64,000 bases of DNA, taken from the NCBI GenBank assembly GCA_964505305.1, contig CAZDHE010000001.1, forward strand, positions 95,967 to 159,966. The letters run 5' to 3'. Position 1 is the stretch's first letter; each line of letters opens with the position of its first letter. The notes under the pieces were generated by a model. The model had not been told where the DNA came from, ran no database searches, and saw nothing but the letters and a program-made list of their open reading frames with translations. Origin of the DNA: an uncultured Bdellovibrionales bacterium. Its GTDB lineage: Bacteria > Patescibacteriota > Minisyncoccia > Moranbacterales > DUUL01. The translations under genes were made by a program, and so were the position numbers. Shown piece by piece: positions 1 to 9,524 of this stretch.

Positions 1-1020
1 ATATATTTCCAAGAAGGCCAGGGCTAAAGAAATGATAACCGGGCCTATAATAAAACCCATTGGTCCGAACAAAGCTATTCCGCCCAAGGTAGCCAAAAAA
101 ACTAGCAAGGGATGAAGACTGGACTGTCCCTCGACCAATTTAGGTCTTAAAATATTGTCCACACTGCTAACAATTATGGCTCCTATAGCAAAAATTACTA
201 TTGCTTGCCAGATGTTTCCAAGAAGGAGTGTAATTAAACCAACGGGAAGCCAAACTAGAACAGCTCCCAGGAGAGGAATGATGGAAATAATTACAGTTAT
301 TATCCCCAACAGAACCGGAGCGGATACTCCAACTATCCAGAAAGTTACGCCCATTAGAAAACCTTGGATTAGGGCTATTATTAAAGTGCCATTAATGGTG
401 GCCTTGGAGATGACTTCGAATCTTTTTAAAAGTTTGTCTTCTTGTTTGTCGGATAGGGGGCTGAGTTGTTTTATCTTTCTTAAAAGAGCATCGCCATCTT
501 TAAAGAAGTAATATAAAGAAAAGAACATTACCGCTATCATAAATAAGAAGTTACTAGTGCTTTCATAGGCACTTTTGATAACGCCAAATACGAATCCCCC
601 CGCGTTTTTGGCTCCGGCGGCAATTTGGGAGGAGTTTACTAAATTTTCATAATTAATTTTGGAAGGCAGAATCCCTGAATTTTCTAAAAAAGGAACTTTA
701 TCAAGAAAAGAAGAGTCTATTTTTACTTCTTTTCCTTGAAAATCTCGAATTATTTTATTGGCTTCAGCTACCGCTAAACTCAAGGTTCCCATAAAGGGCA
801 AGATAATTATAAGAACAATCAGCGAACACATAAACAGGGAGGCCAAACTTTTCCTATTATTCATTTTCCTGCTCACCTTTTTGTAAGTTTTTCGAAAGAG
901 GGTGAACAAAACAAAAGCTAAAAATAAGGCCACCAAGAAAGGCTTGAAAATCAAATAAGAAGCCCATAAAACAACACCCATTAAAATAAAGATAAAAACA
1001 CTGCTCAATTTGTTTTGCAT
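1..1020 (-). CDS. AI-2E family transporter, 3' end runs off the window
   Basis: Not in the ORF track. Read manually from ATG (cat at 1018-1020): MQNKLSSVFIFILMGVVLWASYLIFKPFLVALF...; includes FSLYYFFKDG, IIALIQG and SSVDNILRPKLV, typical of AI-2E/PerM proteins. Confidence 0.85.
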   Translation of the reverse strand, partial: MQNKLSSVFIFILMGVVLWASYLIFKPFLVALFLAFVLFTLFRKTYKKVSRKMNNRKSLASLFMCSLIVLIIILPFMGTLSLAVAEANKIIRDFQGKEVKIDSSFLDKVPFLENSGILPSKINYENLVNSSQIAAGAKNAGGFVFGVIKSAYESTSNFLFMIAVMFFSLYYFFKDGDALLRKIKQLSPLSDKQEDKLLKRFEVISKATINGTLIIALIQGFLMGVTFWIVGVSAPVLLGIITVIISIIPLLGAVLVWLPVGLITLLLGNIWQAIVIFAIGAIIVSSVDNILRPKLVEGQSSLHPLLVFLATLGGIALFGPMGFIIGPVIISLALAFLEIY

Positions 1021-1084
1021 AAAATTAGTGTTACTTGCTACTTTGCCTTATATTTTACATTTAATTTTAATAAAAAACAATGCC

Positions 1085-2557
1085 TTATTTACTCTTGCTA
1101 AAAAATTGGGCTAAATAAGCAAAATCTTTCTTATTAATTTCCCTGAAGGCTATCATTAAAAGTATGTAGAAAGACATTAAAAGAAGTGACCATGCTATAA
1201 AAATATATCTGCCTTGAGTTAGGAATAAACCGACTTGGTAAATAATTAAGCTGGCGGCTAAGCACTTGGCAAGAAGAAAAACATTGATAAAACTGACAAT
1301 TTTGAGATTAGAATAAACAAGAGCGGCCAAGAGAATGATAGCTGAGGTAACGGTAGTAGCTAAAGCGGACCCGATTAGTCCGAATTGTTTTATTAAAAAA
1401 TAATTTAAACCGGCGTTTAAGAGCGCCCCTATAATAGAAATATACATTGGAAATTTATTTAATCCGGCTCCGTTTAAAACAAAAGTCAAGACATAAAAAA
1501 CAGTCAAAAAGCCGAAACCGAAAATTAAAATACTCATAATCGGTCCGCCGGCTGAATAGCCGCTACCATAAAAAAATCTTATTGCCGAGTCGGAGAACAG
1601 GTGGAGGATGGCCACGGTTGGGAATAATCCTATAAATAAGTATCTAAAAGCTTTTTGAAGTAAATTTTGAGTTTTTTCTTTAATACCTTGACTTGTGGAT
1701 TCTGATATTTTGGGCAAGAGAATAACTGTCATAAAAAAGAATAAATAGTAGGGAATTCTACTTACCGTTATGGCGGCGTTATAAATTCCGGTTAAAGCGT
1801 CTTCTTGTAGCATAGCTTTAACAAAATAAAGATTTAGAGAAATCATGAATTCATAAAAAAGCATAAATAAAACGATTGGCCAGGCAAAATGAGCCATTTT
1901 TTTTATCAGATCTTTTTCCAGGGGAGGGTTTTGGAAGCGAGGTTTTTTACGGCACTTGGCTTTAGTGAAAGGATCCAGAAAGTATCCCAGTAAATAAACG
2001 CTGAAAGGAGCCAAGGCTTGACCGATTAAAGCTCCGGCCACTTTAAAATAATATCCCAATCCGACGATGAAGACGATTTTAGCCACGGAACGGAAAAATT
2101 TTAAAAAAGATTTTTTGCCAAAACTTTGAATACCGGTAAAATAGTAAGAATAAAAACTGGCCAAGGCAAATCCCGGTATAATCAAAGAAGAAATTTGAAA
2201 AAGAGTGGTTAGGCTTGGGTCGTTGAGGAGTTTTGCGAAGACGGGAGCCAAAAAGAAATACAGCGAAGTCACAGCAATGACGACTATCATTTGCAAAAAG
2301 AAAGCATTTTTCTTTATTTTGAAAAAATGATTAGTTTTGTCTTGGGTGGCTTCTCCCAGATATTTACTCATAGAAATAGGCAACCCCCGCCCGATTAAAA
2401 TAATAATCATCGTAGTAAAGGTCACCACTAAGCTAAATCTCCCATAACCCTCGGCGTCCAAAATGCGCCCCATTAAAGCGTGGATTACATAACCGGATAA
2501 ATTAAAAGCTAATTCAGACAGGGATAACCAGAGAGAGGCTTTGATTAAGGCGGACAT
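1085..2557 (-). CDS. Polysaccharide flippase (Wzx/MOP superfamily)
   Basis: 490 aa, about 12-14 hydrophobic segments; GRILDAEGYGRFS, TGIYNAA and LNYFLIKQFGLIGSALAT motifs. Confidence 0.88.
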   Translation of the reverse strand: MSALIKASLWLSLSELAFNLSGYVIHALMGRILDAEGYGRFSLVVTFTTMIIILIGRGLPISMSKYLGEATQDKTNHFFKIKKNAFFLQMIVVIAVTSLYFFLAPVFAKLLNDPSLTTLFQISSLIIPGFALASFYSYYFTGIQSFGKKSFLKFFRSVAKIVFIVGLGYYFKVAGALIGQALAPFSVYLLGYFLDPFTKAKCRKKPRFQNPPLEKDLIKKMAHFAWPIVLFMLFYEFMISLNLYFVKAMLQEDALTGIYNAAITVSRIPYYLFFFMTVILLPKISESTSQGIKEKTQNLLQKAFRYLFIGLFPTVAILHLFSDSAIRFFYGSGYSAGGPIMSILIFGFGFLTVFYVLTFVLNGAGLNKFPMYISIIGALLNAGLNYFLIKQFGLIGSALATTVTSAIILLAALVYSNLKIVSFINVFLLAKCLAASLIIYQVGLFLTQGRYIFIAWSLLLMSFYILLMIAFREINKKDFAYLAQFFSKSK

Positions 2558-2565
2558 AATAAGAT

Positions 2566-3192
2566 TTAAGAGTTATTTTTAGGAATAAGCTTGATAATTT
2601 TTTGATGGATTTTTTCTTTAGACAATTCAGCTTCAATTAAGCTTAGTTTCCATCTGTTAGCAAAATGTTTTAAAATAATATTTTTTTGATACAAGTAATC
2701 GGCTCCTTGCTCTACGCCTCTTTCCCTTTTTAGAATTTTTTCCGGGTTTATTTTTAAGTAAAATCCGTAATGAGGAATAATCGCGTATTTTTCTGCAATT
2801 TTTTGCCAGAAAGGGATTTTTTGGAAGTTCTTATCTTTTTCCAAAAATTTGATATTAACTATTTGGTCATAAAAATATCTGTCAGTTAGAATGAAATCAT
2901 ATTTATTACGATAGTTATTCATTAAATAAAAATGACGAAATCGGAAAACATCTATTATTAAAGCCGTTTTTCTTAAGAAAATAGCCTTTTTACTAGCGGT
3001 TGTCTGAGCTTTTTTTCCGCGGGAGGAGTTCCTCTTTTTTGATTTAAGAATCTTGTTGGCAATAGAAAAAGAAATCATATGAAAACTTTTTATTTTAAAG
3101 CCTTTTTTGGCAAGATTTTTTTTAAGGAGATTCAATTGAGTGGATTTTCCGGATCCGTCCAGTCCGGATATAGTTATTAATTTCATAGACAA
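2566..3192 (-). CDS. Thymidylate-kinase-fold P-loop kinase, substrate uncertain
   Basis: ITISGLDGSGKSTQ P-loop and ILTDRYFYD motif present; the REP segment of true Tmk is absent. Confidence 0.75.
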   Translation of the reverse strand: MSMKLITISGLDGSGKSTQLNLLKKNLAKKGFKIKSFHMISFSIANKILKSKKRNSSRGKKAQTTASKKAIFLRKTALIIDVFRFRHFYLMNNYRNKYDFILTDRYFYDQIVNIKFLEKDKNFQKIPFWQKIAEKYAIIPHYGFYLKINPEKILKRERGVEQGADYLYQKNIILKHFANRWKLSLIEAELSKEKIHQKIIKLIPKNNS

Positions 3193-3255
3193 ATAAAAGC
3201 TATTTTTTATAGTTTTTTAAAAGATTGATGTTATAATCGGCTTATTTTTTTATCC

Positions 3256-4749
3256 TTAAGCCATTAAAACTGCAACCGGATTCATTTTAGCCACCGGCTT
3301 CATTACTCCGTTAGCCTTCATCCCCTCAATAGCCGGTTCTATGTTTTTATAGTGAGAGGCATCTTGCTGAATGATTCCTTTGGATGTCCCGTTATAAAGT
3401 CTAATCTTTCTTTCTTCCATTTTTTGCAATAAATCTTTTCGAGAGCGGGGAACAGGGGAAGTTTTTTCTTTGGACTTTCCTGTGCCGTGAGGAGCTGAAA
3501 AGAAGGTGCTTTGGTTCTCATTGGTGGCAACGCCCAAATAAGCCGGAGTGCTCATTGAAGAAGGAACAAAAATAGGTTCTCCGGTTTCTTCGTAGAGTTT
3601 GATTCCCTTCATTCGCTCGGGTCCGAAGGCTCTTACGGAGCCGTTTCTGTGAACCCAAACATCATGATTAAAATGATTCTCTTTCATTATAGAAATATGG
3701 CTCATGTCATAAACTATAGGTAATTCGGTTTTTTTGCCCAATATTCTTTCAATAGCCCCTTCTATTTTTATTTGCAGTAAAGCTCTATTGGCAAAGCCGT
3801 GATTGGCTGCGGCCTTATGAGCTATTAAAAAATGCTTCTGCAGTTGAGAGTTATCAGGAATGGGGAAGAAATCAGATTTATCTTCGTATTGAGGAAGTTC
3901 TTTTTTAAGGGTTTTGTGCCACTTGATGCTATTTTTAAGGAATGTCCTTCTGGCAAATTCATAAACCATTTTTTGACTCAAATGCTCCTTCTTTTTAGGC
4001 ATATAAAAATAACTGGCATATTGGCCGAACATGCCGGATCCGGTGTGCATCAAGAGGATGTATTGGTTCTTTTTTACTCCCAGTTTATCTGCGGTTTCTT
4101 GATCTATGATATCTTCTGTTAGTAAGAGATCAAGAAAATGATTGCCGGCCGCTCCCAAAATTCCCAATCGGGCTTGAGCTATTTTAAAGAAAAGTTTGGG
4201 GAGGGATTCTATTAAGTCTTTATCAGTAATTTTTTCTTCTTCAAACATATTGCCGCGGAGCATAGTGTTTTCTAATTCTTTTTTGCTTTTGCCGAATTTT
4301 TCCAATAAAGGTTCTACTCCGCGGGAAGATATATCTAAAATAGTTCTATGGGACAATAAGCTTCCCAGGTAAGTTTTAGTGGGAATGACTCGAGTAAGCT
4401 CTTGAAATAGATTGTCAATGTCTTCTTCACTCAAGTCCCCTTTGAAGAAGGGAGTTTTTATCATTCTCATTCCGCAATTGGGGGCGGAGTCATTTAATTG
4501 AGGCATAATGGCACCTCGAGTTGCCACTACGGAGCCGGTAGGATTTTTTCTGCCGGGCTTGGAGTGGATGTCGGTTAAGGCGGCTATGTGGTGAAAAATA
4601 TGCGGATCTTCGGCTATGGAGGCTAATTTTTTGTAGCTATCATCTCCCGGCATTAATTCATCGGCTACATGAAAAATAGTGGAAACAGCCTCTTGGTTGG
4701 AGGGGTGCATTATTTGTTTGTGTTGGGATTCCGGAATTATTTTATACAT
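3256..4749 (-). CDS. Divergent RtcB-family ligase
   Basis: RtcB motifs in order: TDIH, NCGMR, LGAAGNHF, HTGS, FANR, YDMSH, VHRNG, PSSMST, SAPHGTG (nucleophilic His), YKNIE. Confidence 0.88.
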   Translation of the reverse strand: MYKIIPESQHKQIMHPSNQEAVSTIFHVADELMPGDDSYKKLASIAEDPHIFHHIAALTDIHSKPGRKNPTGSVVATRGAIMPQLNDSAPNCGMRMIKTPFFKGDLSEEDIDNLFQELTRVIPTKTYLGSLLSHRTILDISSRGVEPLLEKFGKSKKELENTMLRGNMFEEEKITDKDLIESLPKLFFKIAQARLGILGAAGNHFLDLLLTEDIIDQETADKLGVKKNQYILLMHTGSGMFGQYASYFYMPKKKEHLSQKMVYEFARRTFLKNSIKWHKTLKKELPQYEDKSDFFPIPDNSQLQKHFLIAHKAAANHGFANRALLQIKIEGAIERILGKKTELPIVYDMSHISIMKENHFNHDVWVHRNGSVRAFGPERMKGIKLYEETGEPIFVPSSMSTPAYLGVATNENQSTFFSAPHGTGKSKEKTSPVPRSRKDLLQKMEERKIRLYNGTSKGIIQQDASHYKNIEPAIEGMKANGVMKPVAKMNPVAVLMA

Positions 4750-4762
4750 AAAATTTGCTTAA

Positions 4763-5911
4763 TTAGTTATCCTTAACCATCTCTTGATAAAGCTTGTGAT
4801 ATTTTTTAATGTTTTTTTCTATGTCAAAGTTTTTTCTAACAAAATTAAAACCGGCTTGAGAAATTTTTTCCCTCAATTTGCTGTTTCGCTTAAGTTTTAA
4901 AATGTTTTCAGCTAATTTTTCGGGGTTGGCCTTGGGCGTGATTAAGCCGTTTTTTTCATTTTTGATAAATTCTTGCAAAACCGGAATATCGGAAATAATT
5001 ACCGGTTTTTTGCAGGCCATAGCTTCCACTATGGCCAGGGGGATATCAAACTTTCCGGCCATCTCTCTAACCGGAAAAATATTAACATCTGACAAATTGT
5101 AAAGGTCGGCCATGTTCTCAACAGTTTCTTTGAAAAGAATTTGTTTAGAGAAGCTCTTCTGTTTAACTTGCTGAATTATTTCCTCTTTTTTCCCCTTGTC
5201 TTGAGATGATTTAATTCGGCAAGCCAAAATAAGTTTAATATCTTTGTTTTGACCGTTTTCAAAAATTATCTCCGCGGCTTTAATTATATCATCAATAGCC
5301 CTCAATCGGGTGTATTCTCCGGCAAATAGGACTACGAAATTATTTTGATTTAATTTCATTTCCTTTAAAACTTTTTTGAGTTTATTCTTTGGGAAAAACT
5401 TTTTCATATTTATTCCGGGATAAATAAGTTCTACGTTCCCAAACCCCTTCTCTTGGATTTTTTTAAGAGTGTAGTCAGATTGAGCTACTATTTTATCAGC
5501 AAAAAGAATTTTTTTTAACTTGCTTTTGTTTTGTAAATTTTTATCAGGAATAGTTGCAATGGTTTGGATCGTCTTTGAAGAGGTGAGAGTTAATCGAGAT
5601 CTTATAATAAAAGAGGTTAAGAGGCGGGGAGTGAATAAAAAGTGAATTATTTGGAAAGATTTTTTTCCCAATAAAAAATAAAGTATTAAACGAATTTTCT
5701 CATATCCGTCGAAGCGGTTTTTGGAGTAAATTTTCCTTTGGATTATTTTGTCGGGCAGCGTCTTTTCGTAGCCGGCTGAGTTTTGGGTAGTTAAAACCTC
5801 AAAGCGCAAATTTTTTTTTTGGCTATTGAAGGCTATTTCGTAAGCTAAATTTTTGGAGGCTTCGTCCCAGGGAGGGCTTAAGGGACGAGTGAAAAGTAGA
5901 ATATTTTTCAT
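4763..5911 (-). CDS. Glycosyltransferase family 4 (GT-B)
   Basis: IYPGIN, LFAG, KFDIPLAIVEAMACKKPVIISD. Confidence 0.9.
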   Translation of the reverse strand: MKNILLFTRPLSPPWDEASKNLAYEIAFNSQKKNLRFEVLTTQNSAGYEKTLPDKIIQRKIYSKNRFDGYEKIRLILYFLLGKKSFQIIHFLFTPRLLTSFIIRSRLTLTSSKTIQTIATIPDKNLQNKSKLKKILFADKIVAQSDYTLKKIQEKGFGNVELIYPGINMKKFFPKNKLKKVLKEMKLNQNNFVVLFAGEYTRLRAIDDIIKAAEIIFENGQNKDIKLILACRIKSSQDKGKKEEIIQQVKQKSFSKQILFKETVENMADLYNLSDVNIFPVREMAGKFDIPLAIVEAMACKKPVIISDIPVLQEFIKNEKNGLITPKANPEKLAENILKLKRNSKLREKISQAGFNFVRKNFDIEKNIKKYHKLYQEMVKDN

Positions 5912-5969
5912 TGGATTTTTTAATTTAAAGCGCCAAGATTAATTTAGGCCAGTGTTTGCTGGCAAATGA

Positions 5970-6392
5970 TTACTTGATTAAATCAATTTTCTTGCTTATG
6001 GTAGACTTTTTGTTTTCATAAGAAATTTCCACTTTGTATTTAAGTGAAGACTCTGAAAATTGAGTTATTTTTTCAATTGTTTCCGGAGATAGGCTTACAA
6101 TTTTTTCTGAGCCGGAGTTTATTTCTATCTCTCTTTCACCTATTTTTTCTTGATTAACAAAAAAAGCCGTTTTGTAATTCTGAGTTTTTTGAAAGGTGTT
6201 CTCAATAAAAAAATCAAAAACTTTTTCGTTATTTTGTTTTTTAATATAGAAGACGTTTTCTGTGTGGGAAAAAGCGGCAACAGTGTATTTTTCTCCGGCT
6301 TCTTTGCGCTGTTGCTTTTCTTGCCAAAAGAGCAGGGAGCTGCTGATTAGCAATATCCCTCCCAGCAAAAGATAAAAATAAACTTTTTTCAT
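5970..6392 (-). CDS. Membrane-anchored hypothetical protein with a beta-rich extracytoplasmic domain
   Basis: N-terminal hydrophobic anchor; lies 5 bp downstream of the large membrane protein in the same operon. Confidence 0.65.
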   Translation of the reverse strand: MKKVYFYLLLGGILLISSSLLFWQEKQQRKEAGEKYTVAAFSHTENVFYIKKQNNEKVFDFFIENTFQKTQNYKTAFFVNQEKIGEREIEINSGSEKIVSLSPETIEKITQFSESSLKYKVEISYENKKSTISKKIDLIK

Positions 6393-6397
6393 AAAAA

Positions 6398-8362
6398 TTA
6401 TCTTACAAATCTTTGATAAATAACCACGTTTTCACTGGTGTAAATCATAGAGAAATTTTCCGATTTTTGGAATTGCTGCGTGTCATAACCGTTGCGGAGG
6501 ATAATATATTCAACCCCGGTTTCTTCATAGCAAGATTTTCCTATTTCCGAATCGGGAATTGAAATCATATCGCGAGTGCAGGTTTCCCTGTCTTTGACCG
6601 GGTCGTCATATCTTTTTAACAAAGCTCTGGAGAGAGGCTTCTCATAACCCCTCATTAGAAAAACTTTTACCCAAGAGTCTGCAGGTAGATGAACGTGATC
6701 TTTAAGGATAACCTCTTCGGAAGTGGTCTTTTCGGCTAAATACCTGGAGGCTCGTAAGGTTTCTGCATACATTTTGGCATTTTTTTTACTATCCTCCGGG
6801 TACCATTCGGAAATATCGGTCGAGCCGGAAATATAGCCGGTAGAAATAATTAAAGCAAAAAATAAAACAGAAGCCTTAGGGTCCAACTTTTTAATTATCG
6901 GTTTTAGCAGCAGAAAAAGACCAAACACGCATAAGGCCGCAGAGGGGTAGGTTAGATAATTGGCTATTCGACCGGAAGGGATGTCTACTTTTAAAACATC
7001 CGGAAAAGAAGTCATTAGAAAAATCACCCAAAACCAGGCCGGGATAACCAAGGCAAGTAACCCTATCTTCAGAGGGTCGCTTAATGTCACAGAATAATAT
7101 TTTTTTGCAAAATCTTTCAAAACTTGCCTTTTTGAAAAAATTAAAAACAAAATACCGCCTAAAAAGACAGTTCCTAGAAAGGAGTAAAAAACACGCCATG
7201 GTCCGGTGGATAAAAGTAAATCTCCAAAAATCACTCCCGTCCTAGTTGACTTGGATGGTTCGCCCACTGCGGTGCTTATGGCGGAGGAGTTGAGGTAAGA
7301 GGGGACTCTAATGAGAAAAACAAAAAGCAACAAGGCAATGCCAACTAACGATGATTTGAGGTTTATTATAGATTTCAGAGTTTTTGTTATTTTTTGTTTG
7401 GAAGTTTTTTTGAAAAAAAATAATAGAGCAAAATAAGCTATGGATAAGATTGTAAATCCGATAATAAAATATAAGAAAACAAAAGTGGATAGATGGTGGG
7501 TGTAAGCCATCGTTCCCACTATAAAAACACCTATGGCTGAAAGCAGAGTGTCTTTTTCTTGAATTGCTTTGGCGAATAAATAAATAGAAACGGGTATGAA
7601 AAGTCCTCCCAATATATTGCCGACCACTCCTCCATTTATGTATTTTCCCTGTGGGGAGGATATTGCGTAGAGAACTCCTATGGCAAGAAGACTTAAAAGA
7701 CCCAGGGCAAAAGAATCTCTGGGAGGCAAAAATGAGGAGGAAATTTGTTTAACCACGGCAAAAATGGCTATCAGAGAGAAAATGTTAATTAAAAACAGAA
7801 TGATATTGGGAAGAGAACTTATTAAACTTATGCCGGAAAGAATGGAAGTGGCGGCGAAAACAATGTGTTCTCCGATAATAACATCCGGAATTCCATACTG
7901 AGGAAGCTCGGCAAAGTCGACAATATGTTTGGCCCAATACATATGATGCCCTGAGTCGGTAGTGTGAGGGATAACCTTGGGAATCAAATAAATTAGTCTG
8001 GCAACTATTGAAAGAAGCAAGATGATGAAAAAAGCTAACCAGCCTTTATGTATAGATTTTCCCTCGGTTTTTTGGGGCTTGATAATTTTTCTTTTGCGAA
8101 AATGAACAAAAGCTGCTCCGGCTGTAAAAAATCCCAACCCCAGTGAAACGGAAATGAAATTAATGGCTATTCCGGCTTTGTCTACAATCATCATCAAAAA
8201 ATTGACAACGGCAATACTTAAAGTAAAAGCCAAAATAGCCTCGCCGGCGTAGCCGAACTTATTTTTCTCCGGATACAATACTTTTAAAGTAAAATACCCG
8301 GGAAGAAAGAATAAAAAAAATAAAGTAAGGCTGAGTTTAATTATATCAAGGGCAAATTCCAT
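6398..8362 (-). CDS. Large polytopic membrane protein, GT-C-fold/oligosaccharyltransferase-like (DUF6541-like)
   Basis: About 13-15 TM segments, first-loop TDSGHH motif (DxxxH as in GT-C enzymes), C-terminal soluble domain ending GVEYIIL...IYTSENVVIY. Confidence 0.6.
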   Translation of the reverse strand: MEFALDIIKLSLTLFFLFFLPGYFTLKVLYPEKNKFGYAGEAILAFTLSIAVVNFLMMIVDKAGIAINFISVSLGLGFFTAGAAFVHFRKRKIIKPQKTEGKSIHKGWLAFFIILLLSIVARLIYLIPKVIPHTTDSGHHMYWAKHIVDFAELPQYGIPDVIIGEHIVFAATSILSGISLISSLPNIILFLINIFSLIAIFAVVKQISSSFLPPRDSFALGLLSLLAIGVLYAISSPQGKYINGGVVGNILGGLFIPVSIYLFAKAIQEKDTLLSAIGVFIVGTMAYTHHLSTFVFLYFIIGFTILSIAYFALLFFFKKTSKQKITKTLKSIINLKSSLVGIALLLFVFLIRVPSYLNSSAISTAVGEPSKSTRTGVIFGDLLLSTGPWRVFYSFLGTVFLGGILFLIFSKRQVLKDFAKKYYSVTLSDPLKIGLLALVIPAWFWVIFLMTSFPDVLKVDIPSGRIANYLTYPSAALCVFGLFLLLKPIIKKLDPKASVLFFALIISTGYISGSTDISEWYPEDSKKNAKMYAETLRASRYLAEKTTSEEVILKDHVHLPADSWVKVFLMRGYEKPLSRALLKRYDDPVKDRETCTRDMISIPDSEIGKSCYEETGVEYIILRNGYDTQQFQKSENFSMIYTSENVVIYQRFVR

Positions 8363-8403
8363 ACTCTAATCCAATTTAAAAATAATGGCTTAAAATAAAC
8401 TAT

Positions 8404-9513
8404 CTAAGAATTCTTCATTTCATCATAGTAATTTTTAGCAATAACTTCCCAGCTATAATTGTTTTTTACGTATTCATAACTCTTTCTTCCTAAGCTTTTA
8501 AGGGAATTGGGATCGTTCTCCAGAACTTCTTTAATTTTTTCCACCCAAGCTTGAGGATTCTCCGGTTCGACTAAAAAGCCGTTTTTTCCTTCCTTGACAG
8601 CATCCTTTAAGCCTTCCAGGTCGGAAGCCAAGACAACTCTTTCGCACATTCCCGCTTCTATGGCATTGATACCAAAACCCTCCATAGAACCGATAACTTT
8701 TATGTTTGGAGAAACTACCAAGTCTACTGTATTAAGCAGTATTTTAACATCTTGCCAAGGAAGAGAGGGTAATAGCTTAACTCTATGTTCTAAGTTGTTT
8801 TCTATTATAGCTTTTTCGCTGCTCAGGAAGTCGTCTTTGTCTCCGGCTGTTCTTTCCGCTACTCGGTTTCCGGCTGCTATCATTACTACATTTTCCGGCA
8901 ACTCCGGCATAACGTTTTCTATAAACCAACTAGTCCCTTTGTGGGGTACGAATCTGGCTAATCTTAAGATAACTTTTTTTTCATTTAAAGTTTTGCCGAA
9001 TAATTGTTCCAGTTCTTTGCGGGAGTGTTTTTCCTTTAAATCTTTTTCGGATACTCCGTTGGGAATAAATTTGCAAAGGTCTGAGTCTATTCCGGCATTT
9101 AGCGCTTCTTCTATGGTAGCATTTCCCACCGCAAAAAGTTTATTCATTTTTTTTAAGGATTCAATGTTGATCTTTTGGTAAATTTTTGGCAAAACCCCTT
9201 CTTTTTGAGCGAAAGTTATGTCCAGCCCGTGAATTATGGAGAAAAATTTTTTCTTGGGATGGAAAAAGCTTAATACTCTTGCCAGCGGAGCCAATACTCC
9301 GCTTCCAACGAGGCAAGCGTCGTATTTAGTCATCAAGAAAAAAGATTTTAGAAAAGCCCAGGGAAGAAAAAGAGGCAAAAAATACTTTCCCTTTTTATTG
9401 GCAATTATTTTGGTGGAAGTAATTTCGGATAAATGACGAGCCAACTCGTAATTTTGTTTTTCAATTCCTCCAACAATAGGGGGATAAGTGTGGGAGATAA
9501 ATAGTATTTTCAT
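8404..9513 (-). CDS. Glycosyltransferase family 4
   Basis: YPPIVGGIE, IPNGV, RFVPHKG, EGFGINAIEA. Confidence 0.92.
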   Translation of the reverse strand: MKILFISHTYPPIVGGIEKQNYELARHLSEITSTKIIANKKGKYFLPLFLPWAFLKSFFLMTKYDACLVGSGVLAPLARVLSFFHPKKKFFSIIHGLDITFAQKEGVLPKIYQKINIESLKKMNKLFAVGNATIEEALNAGIDSDLCKFIPNGVSEKDLKEKHSRKELEQLFGKTLNEKKVILRLARFVPHKGTSWFIENVMPELPENVVMIAAGNRVAERTAGDKDDFLSSEKAIIENNLEHRVKLLPSLPWQDVKILLNTVDLVVSPNIKVIGSMEGFGINAIEAGMCERVVLASDLEGLKDAVKEGKNGFLVEPENPQAWVEKIKEVLENDPNSLKSLGRKSYEYVKNNYSWEVIAKNYYDEMKNS

Positions 9514-9524
9514 AAAGATTTATT

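Noticed and set aside
155-511. 118-aa + strand ORF
   Set aside because: Antisense shadow of the minus-strand AI-2E transporter (1-1020), which the ORF track missed because it runs off the window.
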